64,000 nt of DNA from positions 20,708,001 to 20,772,000 of the forward strand of contig JBHGNT010000008.1 of NCBI GenBank assembly GCA_043228905.1. The letters run 5' to 3'. Of this stretch, positions 48,257-61,700 are shown in pieces (positions within the stretch are counted from its first letter, which is position 1; every line of letters starts with the position of its first letter). This DNA is from Azolla caroliniana (taxonomy: Eukaryota > Plantae > Polypodiophyta). A model generated the notes under the pieces. The model did no database searches, was not told the DNA's origin, and was given only the letters and a program-made list of their open reading frames with translations. The position numbers were made by a program, and so were the translations under genes.

Positions 48257-48787
48257 AATTTTAATGGGTTAAGGATAGCATAGTCGGGAAACAGTTTATC
48301 CTAAGAACTAGGAAAACCTCGTTCTATCGATGGTATTTTATGTTTGTCGGATGTCCTTCGCTTGGAGGTGATCAATGTGGTTTTACATCTGTAGTCTCTT
48401 ATTCTTTTGCTCATCATTAGTATGATCCATAATATACCCCAATGAGCAAAAGAACAAAAGTTTAAGGATGCTTAACCACACTAACTAGGCCCAAGAGGAT
48501 GTAAGACAAACTTAAAATATCATCAATGTCCCATACCACCGAATATTACCTTATGTTATACCTTGGATGTTAAATAACAGAACCAAAGAAGTGAGCTTAG
48601 CATCACCAATAGTTTCGACTATATCTCAAGATATTGTAATGAAGGGGTAGCTAGTCCCCTTTATATAGCTCAACACCTAAGGCTCTTGACCACTATGTGT
48701 TCCTAGGTTTCATAGGTCCATTTGGGTTTGTCCTAGTTCGTAGGATAATCGGTTTCTCGACTATCCTACCCTTAACCCATTAAAATT
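48257..48787. mobile_element. ~530-bp element bounded by ~60-bp inverted repeats
   Basis: aattttaatgggttaaggatagcatagtcgggaaacagtttatcctaagaactaggaaaacc (48257-48318) versus its diverged reverse complement at ~48725-48787. Confidence 0.7.
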
Positions 48788-51700
48788 AGCTATAGAATTG
48801 GTCTATAAGAGTATGCCACAATCAAAATTGTATCGTGGAAAAGAGCTAACATAGACATTGATTGATCTCGTTTGAAGGGAGAAGTTTATTTTGTGAGTAA
48901 TAATTAATGAGCATGATTGGAAATGGTCATAGACATAACTTCATAACTAAAATAGGAAATCTAGACATATAAATGCATAAACAATGATGTTGTGCTTGGT
49001 ATAGAGTTATTGTTTTATTTTTTTTGTCACCTTTTTGGACACATTTCCATAATTGTGTGCATTTCATGCTTGCCATAAATATCGCGTTGTAAATGTGCAC
49101 TTATCCTTCTTTTATATGATCTGGATTCTTCACTTTTTAACAATATGATAACAGTTCAAGATGATTTTGTTTTTTTAGCAAAACATTATTTCTAGTGAGA
49201 AGACTCGGGGTGAGTTAAAACTCACGAAACATTTACTCATGTACAATGTTGTGCTCAAAAAATTTGGAGGCAATTGTCAAGGAATATATCTTGAAGTTGA
49301 CGACAAGCATACATTCATTGATTGTTTGAGAGACCGCTTGAAGAAGAAGAATTCATCTATAACAAGTTTATTGAAGATCATATGATTATGTTATTTCCAT
49401 CCATAATCCTCAAAACCTTACCCAATTGAAAATTTGCATGTACTTGAGGCAACAAGACTAAATATCCAAAAGAGGTATTGTGGAAGGACTAGAGAGGTGT
49501 TGTCTTATCCCTTCCAAAAAATGCTTATTTTTGTGGCAATACAAGGGCTAGTGATTAATCGATCTAAAGTAATTCCACGTCTCTTGTATAGTGTTGAGCC
49601 CATACGTTTTTGGCAGAGATTTATCCCAACTTGTAAATACCCCAAGTAAGAAATGCCATGATTTCGCCTTTGACGACATAAAATGTTATTCGCTCATGGA
49701 ATTTGGTGAAAGTTGTCATTGAGAATGGTGATGCATTAAAATAAGATTGATACATCAATAGCTCGGAACCCTTGAAAAACAATTACCACAATACATAATC
49801 ATTAATTACAACCTAATGGAGGCTAGCTAGTTCCTAAGGTTTATTAAGGTCATGACTAATATTTGAGTATAGAACATAAAGCACTCTAGCTTGGAGATGA
49901 AAATGAGGAAAAACATGACATTTAGCAAGCAAAGAACATCGTCATCAAGCTCTATCCTTTCATTATTTACATCTCATGTATTGTTTAATGAGAGCATACA
50001 CTCACATTGAGAATAGTAGGGAGACAAGTATGCAAAAATAATATATAAGTAAATATCACAACAGCGATTTAAATAAGTTCAGCTTTCTCTCTTGTCAAAA
50101 AGGCATATTAACATGGTTTATATAGTTTACAAATAGACAAGTACGGTCGAGGAATGTGTTGTACTTCCTACCTTAACTAATTTAATATATATTCTTTGGA
50201 TGTCTCTAAATAAGGTCCTTTTCAAATCTAAAACTCTTAATATCCGATAAGTGGCCTTGAGACCATGCATTTGTTTATACTATTGGTCTCAGTTGGTTGG
50301 CCAGATGTACAAGTCACCACCAAACATTCGCCAATGCTATGGTTATAACACTAAGAAACACCTTTATCTTTAAACAAATATGAATTTTGGGGTTATTGAG
50401 TCATTGATGTAGAAATGATATGAAATTTGAGAAATATATGGTGTGAAAAAATAACACTATTAACCCATCTATAGTTAGACTTCCACTTCACTTCAAGGAT
50501 AAATCGATAAAGGTTGCATAATTTATCTTGTTTTCTTTTTCACCTTTGTGAGCAGGTTATGATTACGATATAGATTATGCTTCAGTCAGTATACTTAGGT
50601 TGTCATATAATAATTGAAACATGAAGCATTGATTTGTCCATACCCACAACCTTTAGTGGATGATATCATTTCTTAAAACATTAAAAGGTATCGTAGAAGA
50701 GGAACATGAATCATGCACCACGTAGGGATTCACATTTCATGAATAGCCAATATGCAATGTTCATACAAATACTATTGAATTTGTTGCTAGAATAATTTCA
50801 TACGTCAATCAATTCTTTACTATTATATAGTGTTATCAAGTGTGTTCATCCGTTTCCACCCAACAGTTTTGCTATGTGATCCTACATAATTCAAGGGTTG
50901 AATGCATGACCTAGTCTTTATTAATAACCTTTATTGATTTCCTAAAATCTTTCTCTCTCAACTCATATATAAGAGAAGAAAACACATTAATCAATGTTAG
51001 GTTTCTTTCTTCAAAAGATTGTACCCACATTCATGGCCCCTAAAAAGTATGATTGTTTAGAATGAATATATGAAACAATATACATATAAATTATAAAGAA
51101 ACAATCCACCACTAAGAAACTACTATGCAAATGGGGTGGAATATACCATATAACCACCAAGTGCGAGCTTGTCACTAGTTATATTTGCAACAAGTATGTA
51201 TTGCGTGAGATACACTAGTTAAGAGGTGTATTAATGCTACACTAGAACACTATAATAGAAGCTTGGGTCACTTGTGGTTGTTTCCCTTACGCAATTATTA
51301 TGATCTGCACTAATGAGAATAAATTAATGAAAAAACTAATGTTAAACCATACTGAACACCCAAATGGAACGATAAGAGACAAGTACGAAACTCCATTGGC
51401 ATCCTATACCGTTTAATATCACATTATCGTATACCTTGGAAGTTAACCAATTAACGGATCCTATATGCAAGAGATTTACTTATAAATAAAGTCTCACCAA
51501 TGTTCTTAGATGTCATTGGACAGGGCTAGATAGTGTTCCCTATATAGTTGAACTCCTTATGCTTTTGGTCATAAGTCTATGTTTATTATAATGATATTAC
51601 AGTGCAACTTTGTCAACGTGTCGTGTATTTGATATCTACTTGATGAGGTGTTGGTTGTAGATTGTGAGACAATTAGGAGAGGGGGAGCTCTCGTAAGGTT

Positions 51701-51922
51701 CCATGCCAAAGGAACTAGTTTTCTCTATGCTTATTTCATCGTGCATAGTGTCTTCAATCTAAGACTTCCCAATGCCAATTACCCCTCGACATAACCTACT
51801 ATGCTAACAAAAAGAGAGAAATATCTAATCCTTATCTATCAAACAAACTAGGCCAATAAATGCACAGAAACAATATTAGTATTTTAGAAGATTGAAACCG
51901 AACGTTAGAACAACATTTCTGT

Positions 51923-52064
51923 AACAATATTAGTCGATGTGAGAATGAAAGAGAGAGCATAACATGAAAGAACAATATTAGTCGATGCGAGAATGAAAGA
52001 GAGAGCATAACATGAAAGAACAATATTAGTAGATGTGAGAATGAAAGAGAGAGCATAACATGAT
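51923..52064. repeat. 48-bp tandem repeat x3
   Basis: aacaatattagtcgatgtgagaatgaaagagagagcataacatgaaag at 51923, 51971 and 52019. Confidence 0.92.
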
Positions 52065-52739
52065 ATCAACAATGTGACTTAGAAATAGATAGAATCGTAG
52101 CGTAACTGTTTGACATACACATATTTGAAAGGAAGGACATGTATGTTGTGTTTTGGAGGTAGCCGTAGTTTCGTCCATGGTCAAAGGGCATGCATACATA
52201 GCCCATGACTTGGAAGTGGACATAAACATGGTTTCTAAATGAAGGATGAGAACATGATGTAAATTGCATTAATGTAGTAATAGTGACAATTGACAATGAT
52301 TGGGACATGCGACACTTTTTTTATCTTGTATTATTTTTGTAATGGGAGGGATCGTAACAAGATGCAATTCGCCTCCATGTAAATGCAAATGACAATGTCG
52401 TGGGACACGCAATACGTTTCTGACCTTGTATTTGTCCGAAAAGGAGGGATCAAAAAACCAAATTCAAATGTCAATCGGCATATGTATGACGATTGATTGA
52501 CGGCGGAAAATTACACTGCTCAGGACATGCAACTATGATCCTGTATGTTATTTTCCAAGGAGGGATGATAACACGAGGGAAATCATGCCGAAGCAGCCTG
52601 GGGGATGCATTAAGGGCTCACATTTTTGGGTTTTGTCAAGGTTCCACGAGGCTAGAATTGGGAGGCATCTTGGGGGTGATTGCGCTCTCGATGGGAGAGG
52701 CCACAGAGTGTGAGTCCTCCCTCACGATAACGTGCGTAT

Positions 52740-52774
<35 letters not shown>

Positions 52775-53285
52775 GGAGAGATTGTGTAACGTGTTCCCTA
52801 CCCTAAGAGAGAGAAAAGAGACAAGACAAAAAACAAACAAAAAGACACACAAGAAAAAGAAGAAGAAGAAGAAGAAGAAGAAAGAGGCCGAGGAAATCTC
52901 GCAAGGCTATATTTATAAATTAGTAAAACAAAGTGGTAACCGGCAGTTGCCGGTACGATGGAAGGGCTGCAGCCGGTGGAAACTGGAAGTGAACAGAGAC
53001 ATTAACACACAGAGAGAGACAGACAGAGACGAAGAAGCAGAAGATCATAAACAGACAGAGACATAGAGAAGAAGGAAGCAGAAGCAGAAGAAAGAGAGAT
53101 TCAGAGAGAGAAATTAAGAAGAAGAAGAAGAATCTCTGTAACGTCATAACCATCATCATCATCGTCATCGTCATCGTTCTTGATCATATAAACCCTGACC
53201 CATCTTCTGTTTCCCACCATCGCTGAATTTTGCTTGTCCCTGGAGACATTATTATATTGCTCGAATTGTTCCCTCACCCCCTTCA

Positions 53286-56200
53286 ATGGAAGCAGAGAAT
53301 AGGGGCCGTCAGCTTGGGACAGTTGGAGCTCTCGGACTTTCAGTCATTTCTTCAGTTTCAATCGTGATCTGTAATAAAGCCCTCCTCAGTTCATTCAACT
53401 TCAGTTTCGGTATGCGAAAATTCATCCTTTTTTATTCATTCTTTCAGTTCAATTATCTCATTTCCATTCTTCTGGGTCCGTTTTTCAATTCATCTTTCAG
53501 TTTACTTTTCAGCCCATTTTCTAGTCAATCTCCGTTCATTTGTTAGTTCAGTTTTGTATTCCTTTTTCTATTCATTTTTTGCATTGTTTTCTCAACCCAT
53601 ATCTTATCTCGTTTTTTCATTTACTTTTTCTTTCAGTTCAATTTTCAATCCATTGCCTCCTCTCTTTGCATGATCATGAATTGTTTGGTTTTAAGATAGG
53701 TTCAGCTTAATAGTGTATTGCATTTTTATTAACATCATCAATTGTGTCAATGAGGATACATTTGAATCCACTGGCTCATGCCCTGTAAGATCATGACTTG
53801 AGTAGATTAGAGATATTCTTGATATGTTGATGAATTCATTGATTCATTTGTTATAAGATAATGATCTATGTATGCTAGAGATGGGCTGTATTATAATTCA
53901 TTGATACTTTCTGTTGTAAAGCACTGTGTTGGGTGTATTAGAAGCCGTTGTTTCTTGCATTTTTCAAATCATGGATTGTGTGGATTAGAATTCATCGATA
54001 ATGTCATCTGTAAGATAATTTATTGTGCGTATTAGACTGCATTGTTTCTTGCATTTGTAAGATTATGGATGAGATAGGGTTGATAGGTCTGAATTCGTTG
54101 CTTCTCTCATTGTAAGACAGTGTACTGTTTGCATTTGAGGTAGGCTCCATTTTTCAATGGAGTCATTGATTCATGTGCAAACCTTAGGTTCCTCATAACT
54201 TTCTTGTGATAATTATGTAACTTATTTTCCCAGTTAATTTTATGCCATGAATATGTTTCCATTTTTCGTAAGTGTGGGAAATTTGTGTTTCTTCTGTAAA
54301 TCTATTAGTAACTAAATCTATCTTGATGGTGCTCTCTCTATTTGTTGCGATGTGTAGCAACAACACTCACAAGCTGGCATCTAGTGGTGACTTTCTGCTC
54401 TTTGCATGTTGCAAAGATGCTGAGGCTATTTGAACATAAAGCATTTGATCGACAAACTGTGATGGGGTTTGGAATTCTGAATGGAGTCTCGATTGGATTA
54501 TTGAACCTTTGCTTGGGTTTCAATTCTGTAGGATTTTATCAGGTAAATTCTGCTGGTTTTGCCTTTAAAAAAATGCCATAGGTTTGTGCCAGAAATATTG
54601 ATTCATTATTACTTTCCATAATCTTTTGAATGTTTAGATGACAAAGTTAGCAATAATTCCATGCACGGTTCTACTCGAGACTTTGTTTCTGAGGAAAGTA
54701 TTCAGGTTGGTGTTTATTCCGATATAATAAGGGCCCATGCCAGATTAGAGATAATATGCGTAGTTCTGGAATCTCAATAGAATACTACCTTATATGATTT
54801 GTATATAGATATGACATCATCAATAATGACATTCATTCAAGAGTTGAATTGGTTTGTTTAGGATATAAGATGTGCTTAAATTCTTTGAACTTTGATAATG
54901 ATCTTGATATGGGGATTTTCTATTCTTGTTTTTTTGTATTGCTTTGTAGCCGAAAAATCCAGATGTCTCTTTTCATTCTTCTCCTTGGAGTTGGAATTGC
55001 TACTGTCACGGACCTTCAGCTCAATTTTCTGGGATCAATTCTATCAATACTTGCTATTGTAACAACATGCATTGCACAGATTGTATCCTTGAATGGCACC
55101 ATCCTGTTGCTTTTGTATATATAGTTTTAATTACGCCTTTTGGATGAAAGTCATTTTCTTTTGCATATGCTCACGAGTTGAAACTACTTAAAAAAACATT
55201 ATACTCTTAGATGACTAATACAATCCAAAAGCGATTGGAAGTGACGTCGACCCAACTTCTTTACCAATCATGCCCATATCAAGCGACAACTTTATTTATA
55301 TTGGGGCCTTTTCTAGATGGCTTGTTAACAGAGAAGAATGTCTTTGCTTTTGATTACACCACTCCTGTCCTGGTAAACAAAAAACTATTTCAGTTATGAC
55401 ACCTAAAAGAAAAATAAAGCTAGTTTCATAAATTGCTAACTATATTGTCTTGTTGGTTGCAGTTCTTCATCATCCTCTCTTGTCTAATATCAGTCTCGGT
55501 TAACTTCAGTACATTCCTTGTCATTGGAAAGACCTCTCCAGTTACATATCAAGTTTTGGGACATCTAAAGACATGCCTTGTGTTAGCGTTTGGGTACATA
55601 CTACTGAAGAACCCATTTAGTTGGCAAAATGTCTTCGGCATAGGTGTGGCCATTGTTGGTATGGGTATATACTCTTATGTATCTCTCAAAGAAAGCCAAC
55701 AACAAAAAGCAGCACCTGAAGTTGCATCATCCCAATTGCCACAGGTCACACATTTTTTTGTCCTCCTTTCTGTCTTTTTTTATGTTTCTTCTTTTGGTCA
55801 TGTCATATTTAATTGAAGCTACTAAACAAAATGGATCTTATTATATTCATGTACGTAAAATACGAAAATATCAAGAACTTGCATTGCTTGCCATGTGTTT
55901 ACCCAAGTATTTGTGGGTTGTCTTTCTCTATTCTTTACTTGTGCTCATATGAGATCAAGTGCCTGCCTGTAACACATCAAGTGGGTTTTAAGCAAAACCA
56001 CAAGAGGATATTTAACACACTAAGTTGTGAAAACGTTGGATATATTTTAACACAATTTGGAAGCTTTATTAGTGACATGAAGTGACTATTTGGACTTAAA
56101 GGCTTAGTTATGAAATTGAAAAATGTGAGTTTTTAGAGTCTAGAGTTTTAAACTTATGTTCCCACTATTTTGAGGTTGGAAGATCATTTTTCTTAGCTAA

Positions 56201-56431
56201 CTTAAAGTGATGTCTATATAGCCAGGATAGGTGATTTAATGCAAGGATTTAAATATATTATTATTACTGTTGTGTTCTACATGATTTAGTTTGTTTATAA
56301 TGTGCCTTTAGGTTGTGAATGAGAGAGAGTTGGAACCTCTCATCATCGGTTCAGATAAGTTGGATGTATCTGGTAGTATTGATTCAACCATTTGGAGTCG
56401 ACGAAATCCATTGAAAGATCTTGAAGCATGA
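53286..56431 (+). CDS. UXT: UDP-xylose transporter-like Golgi nucleotide-sugar transporter (NST/TPT family), 357 aa, 7 exons: 53286-53409, 54358-54542, 54638-54705, 54950-55082, 55211-55372, 55463-55744, 56312-56431
   Basis: QLGTVGALGLSVISSVSIVICNKAL, ATTLTSWHL, NSVGFYQMTKLAIIP, TQLLYQSCPYQ, SVNFSTFLVIGKTSPVTYQVLGHLKT. All introns GT-AG; spliced length 1074 nt stays in frame. Confidence 0.94.
55083..55210 (+). other. U12-type (minor spliceosome) GT-AG intron
   Basis: 5' splice site GTATCCTTGA; branch-site-like CTACTTAAA at 55184-55192, ~19 nt from the AG; no polypyrimidine tract. Confidence 0.8.
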
Positions 56432-57091
56432 TTTGAGATTGGAGGAATCAATGAAAATCGGCGGACAAAAATTTGCTTAAAACATGGTTCAGTGTTTGGC
56501 TACTTATTGTTGATTGTATATCATGATTCAACCGAAGGCTTGATTCATTTTTCCATAGTCTGGACGAATTTGGATTATTATTTTTGTTGCTGGTGTCTGA
56601 GTTTTACTGGAGTGTTTGAGAAGGAGAATCCTCGCTTCTTAACATATATTTCAAAGGGTAGAGTACAATCAATCTGCATGGAGATTCTGGCAACACCTAG
56701 GTATAATATATATATATATATATATATCCTTCAAAATTTTCCATTCTTTTGTAAAAAATGGGAGCATTTCAGTATCTTTGAGAAAACATTACTCTATCTC
56801 AGATTATTTTGAGGTTGTTTTCCATCTTTCTTCAGTCTTCTTCTTTAAGAGTATGCTGAATAATTCCTAGTTACTGGTGGTGGAAATTTCGTATGGTTAA
56901 TAGGTTTTAGAGTCAATTTCTTTTATACTTACCATTCTTGACAACTTTATGTATTTCTCTAAGATCCTATTATTAAAAATTACTTGATACAGGAAAGGAT
57001 TTGCATTGCCTTTCTATTCTAACAGTCTGTCTACAAGTGCGTGGAACTTTTAGTGCACTCATTGGAAATCTTAGCATGTCTCCGCCTTTTC

Positions 57092-57329
57092 GTTGACTTG
57101 ACTGCTACCATGCTATCATGGCCCTTTACATTGATAAATTTAATCATAAATGCGTTGCTTGACTCTATAGTAAAAAGCATATAACATTATGTCAAACTTC
57201 CAGAAATCTTCTTCTATCAACATCTCTGTATTGACTTGAAGGGTACCATGATATCATGATCCTTTACATTGATGCATTTAATCATGCATTGCTTGACTCT
57301 ATATAGTAAAAAGCATATAGTATTAGGTC
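57092..57329. repeat. ~100-bp direct repeat x2 (period ~138)
   Basis: ttgacttga...taccatg.tatcatg..cctttacattgat..atttaatcat...tgcttgactcta...gtaaaaagcatata occurs twice. Confidence 0.75.
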
Positions 57330-57672
57330 GGTATGTTTCCTTCTTGTATATTCAAATACCTAGAACCTATAAAAGTTGTGCAATCCTATTGAAGATGATT
57401 ACAAAGAAACATTTAAAATCCTGATAATTTTCCCAACAATTAAAATGTTGTCCCACTTTCTTTGTACTCAGATAAATGCCCCATTTTTTCCTCTCTATAT
57501 TCAGGGCATCTCACAGGGATGGGTTTGAATCTTGCTAATTCCCTAGATCTTGTGGAATGTAGGACTTGAAAGCATAACGTTTCATGATGTGTTGCAAGTC
57601 ATGAAAAGTTTAACATGACTAGCCACTTGAGTGAGGGTGACTTGGATTCACTCTAAAGGCCATCTCATGATG

Positions 57673-57886
57673 CATGTGGATTCTGAAGCACAAATAATAT
57701 CATATTCATGACTTCACATTTAAACTTATAATCTTTCATTGCTGCGAAAACATGATCCAACCTTCAAACCACAAATAATATCATGACACAAACATGTGGA
57801 TTCACAAGCACAAGTTAATATAATATTCATGACACATTTTAACTTATAATTGTGAGGTGGTATGCAAACATGATCCAACCTTCAAG
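57673..57886. repeat. ~120-bp tandem duplication
   Basis: catgtggattc..aagcacaa...atattcatgac...aacttataat...aaacatgatccaaccttcaa occurs twice. Confidence 0.75.
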
Positions 57887-58734
57887 ACGAAGATAACTTC
57901 TATTTCAGTAAAATCAAACCGACTGTTTGAATTTATATAACTGTTCCACTTGCAAACTAATAAAAAATTTGGTTCAATATATTCACAGAGCTAATAGATG
58001 CACCTAAATTTGAATCACATGGATTTGTATGACTAAGGGAAGTTTGTAGTTATCCTTTTTTATGCCAAAAACACTCAAGTTTTGGAATGTCACCATGGCA
58101 TTTCTCTAGTCATTTTGTATATCCATGCAATATATTCAAACGCTATGGTGGTTTGGATCTCAACCTAAGGATTCTCAAGCCATCTTGATTAACCATAGAT
58201 TGTATGGGTCAGGATTGTATGAGCTGACCCAGTCGCATCATTACATAAATTAGTACACTTTTAGTGAGCCTCAGCATATAAATTATTAAATTTCAAACAA
58301 ATTTTATGAGTCAGCATCTTTTTAACATGGAAATCACGATTAAACTACGGAATATGTTTTTGAGAAATCCATTCGATGAATCCATACACCATTGTTGAAA
58401 ATATGACAACCCAAATCAGGTATTATAAGCTATCAATAATTAAAACTGAATTGGAACCACATTTACATATAGTATATTTCCATATGCAAATGAATGATGT
58501 ACCACTTCAAGCTCAATCCAAAACACATTTACCTGGTATATTGACAATGTAATGAGTCAATGCGTCTGTATATCACATGCAAATGATATATACTTATCCA
58601 GAAGTTGAAACAGATTTACACAACTCTGTTGTGTGCTCGAACAAGTCTCTATTTGTTCATTCGTTATCGTAGACTTCTTATATACTACACGAGCCAACCA
58701 TAAAGATCAACGGAGAGCCTTTAAAAATGGCGGT

Positions 58735-61700
58735 CTACTTTCGGGTTCTATTCATCAGTATATCAAGTACTAGATTCATGTCAACAGACTGACCTTTCTC
58801 CAATAGTCGCCTTATAACGGATTGCACTTGTTCCCTCGAAAAGCCCATGGTGCAAACCTTCTCAATAATGCCATTTATTTCACTTGATAGATGATGCTCA
58901 TTATGTATAGGTTGTGCCATTTGTAAGCGTGGAGGGGGGTTTGTTTGTACTGGAAAATTTTGTTGTTGCCCCTGCCAAACCATCTGCCCACTACTAGTAT
59001 TGGATAACACTTGGGACGATGGCTGATTTGGCACTGGAAGTTGCTGCTGTTGATAAGCATAACTTGTTGGCAGTGACTGATTAGTCACTGGAAATGGGCG
59101 TTGATGAGCATTATGAGCATATGAAGGTTCAGTTGAATACGAATGCATACTTTCATTTGGCTGTGGATAAGGCGGTTGCATCACTGTTGATTGTTGAGGC
59201 ATTTGCAGTTGATTCTGCATCTGTTGGATTGTAGGTTGAAACCTTCCTTGATCTAATGGTGGTGGTGGTTGCATTTGTTGTACTTGTTGCTGCAATTGTT
59301 GTTGTACTTGTTGCTGCTGTTGTATTGATGGTGTATGTTGCAACACTACCTGCGGCTGTGGCTGTGGCTGTGGCTGTTGCTGAATCTGCATCTGTTGTTG
59401 TACTTGTTGCTGCAATTGTTGTTGTACTTGTTGCTGTTGTTGTATTGATGGTGTATGTTGCAATACTACATGCGGCTGCGGCTGTTGCTGAATCTGCATC
59501 TGTTGTTGTACTTGTTGGTGCTGTACTTGTTGCTGTTGTTGTATTGATGGTGTATGTTGCAATACTACCTGCTGCTGTGCCTGCGGCTGCGGCTGTTGCT
59601 GAATCTGCATCTGTTGTGGCATTGCTAGAAAGCGCATTTGTTCTACTGATTGCTGAATTGGTACACTATGCTGTGTTGTTAGTTGTATTGGCTTGTTTTG
59701 TACATTCTGTTGTATGACTTGATATTGCACCTGATCAGATGACTGTGAGTTCGGAACCTGTTGTACAATCTGTAATGATTGTTCATGTTGCACATATTGA
59801 ATGGGTTCTTGCTGTTGCTGATGTATAGGCTGTTGAGAAATCTCTGGATCTTGATTTTTCTTTACTTCTTGTTTGGAATCCATGATCATTACCCTCTCAG
59901 TAAGGGTTTTGGATGCTTGTAGCTTTTCTAGCTGTGCATGGACTTCGATTGCATCTTGTTTATCCCTAAGTATTTGTATAGAACGTTGAACCTGTGAAGT
60001 AACATGCACATAATCAGAGTTATAAACAATGTCATGAACATATAAAAACAACGGTACCTGCCAATAACAAACATTATGGAGAAACACCAAAAAACCCAAA
60101 ATTACTAGATTAGCCCTCCACAGCTAATCATAGAAATTGTTTTCCTGGAATAACATCAAGTTTACAAAAATTACCAGACACTCCTCTACAGTACAAAAAT
60201 TTCTTCTGGGGTATTTGGGTATATTTCCCGCAACATTACCTCCATAATATGTTCATTTAGCTTTCCATAGTTGTGATTGGTTTGATCATAGTAATCATCC
60301 ACAGAATCCTTTAGGGAGGCAACAGATTGTCTCAGATCATGAGTTGCTCGTTCAACCTGTGATAATCGATTACTAGTACCATCAAGAATACGCAACACAC
60401 CATCCGCATAATTTTTCATGGCCTTCTCCACAGATGACACAATGATAGAATCTTGTACATCTAGTTTTTCCAAGTCTCTTCGTGTAGGAGAAAGCTCTCT
60501 CAAATAAGCCTAAAAATGAAAAGAATTGACATTTTAATGAGGATCAATCAGTTGAATATGTGGAACTTCTATCATAAAGAAAATCAAAAGAAAGATTTAT
60601 GTCATTAAATCAGTTACATATGGTGAATTGAAAGTTCTTAATGCAAATACTGCAGTGAATTAGTACAAACTTGACAACAATAAACCAGAAAGGAATAAAA
60701 AAGCATTACATTGAGAAACAGAGGAAACAAAGCATTCATAGAGAATCAGATACAGGGGAAAGCACAAATATGTCTCTGTTTGTAATGGTATATACCATCA
60801 AAGGTTTTGTCTTTTTGGCTTACACAAAGGGGCGGATTGGTCAACCATACTATCTCAAGGAGAATCAATTTGTAAACTGTCTTCTAATTAATATCCATGG
60901 TATAGATTCCTGCTTCGCATGAGAGGGCTATAATCCCCTGCACGAGGAACTTTATGTCACACAAACAAAGCTTCTTGTACTAATACTCTGATATCTACAT
61001 CAACCTTGTTAAAACATAGACTATTTCCATGGTTCTGCGATCTGATCAGTTCCCTACAACCTGAGAGTTGCTTTTCACTCATAATGAAACAGCATAGCAT
61101 GTCAGGTATAGAAATAAAATGTTTTTCACTCATAATGAAACAACAGAGCATCTCTAAAAATGGAAGCCCGATCTAATCTGCTCCTAGTTTGGATGGAAGT
61201 CCAAAGAAACAAAACTTTCAAGATAATCAGGTTTTTCAGCTTTGACAGACTTCTTTGATGGAAAGTATTTCCATGGAGATAGACCAATAGGACGCCTTTA
61301 GCATGCAAAAAACTTCCTTCGATGAATTGTTAAACTCATGCTAACTTGGAAGAAAGTTGAAAGAAACAAAACCTTTGGGAAAAAAATCTGCTCTTCTTCT
61401 TTGATTTCTTGATGGAAAGAGCCTAAATGCATTCCTCTTTAAAACTAGCTTGATTTTAAGACTCTTTCCATGACAGAAACTCCTGGGCAAGAATGCGCAA
61501 ATGCCCTTGTCTTTGACAGACTTCTTGATCACATTTCTATCCAAATTAAAATGAACATTTAAAGTTTTTGAATGAAAAAGAATTCCCCAGAGGAACACCA
61601 AACGCTCATTCATTCAGAATTTCCAAATCAAGTATTTGGAAAAATCAGGTCTTCTTCTCTGAGAAACTTTTTATGGAATGTCTGTCCAAATTTATGTCAA

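Noticed and set aside
44130-55210. Functional link between the BRR2 fragment and the nearby U12 intron or PPR genes
   Set aside because: The fragment is a dead pseudogene, and proximity alone is not evidence.
59256-59717. 153-aa hydrophobic Val/Ala ORF on the plus strand
   Set aside because: Antisense shadow of the CAA/CAG polyQ repeats.
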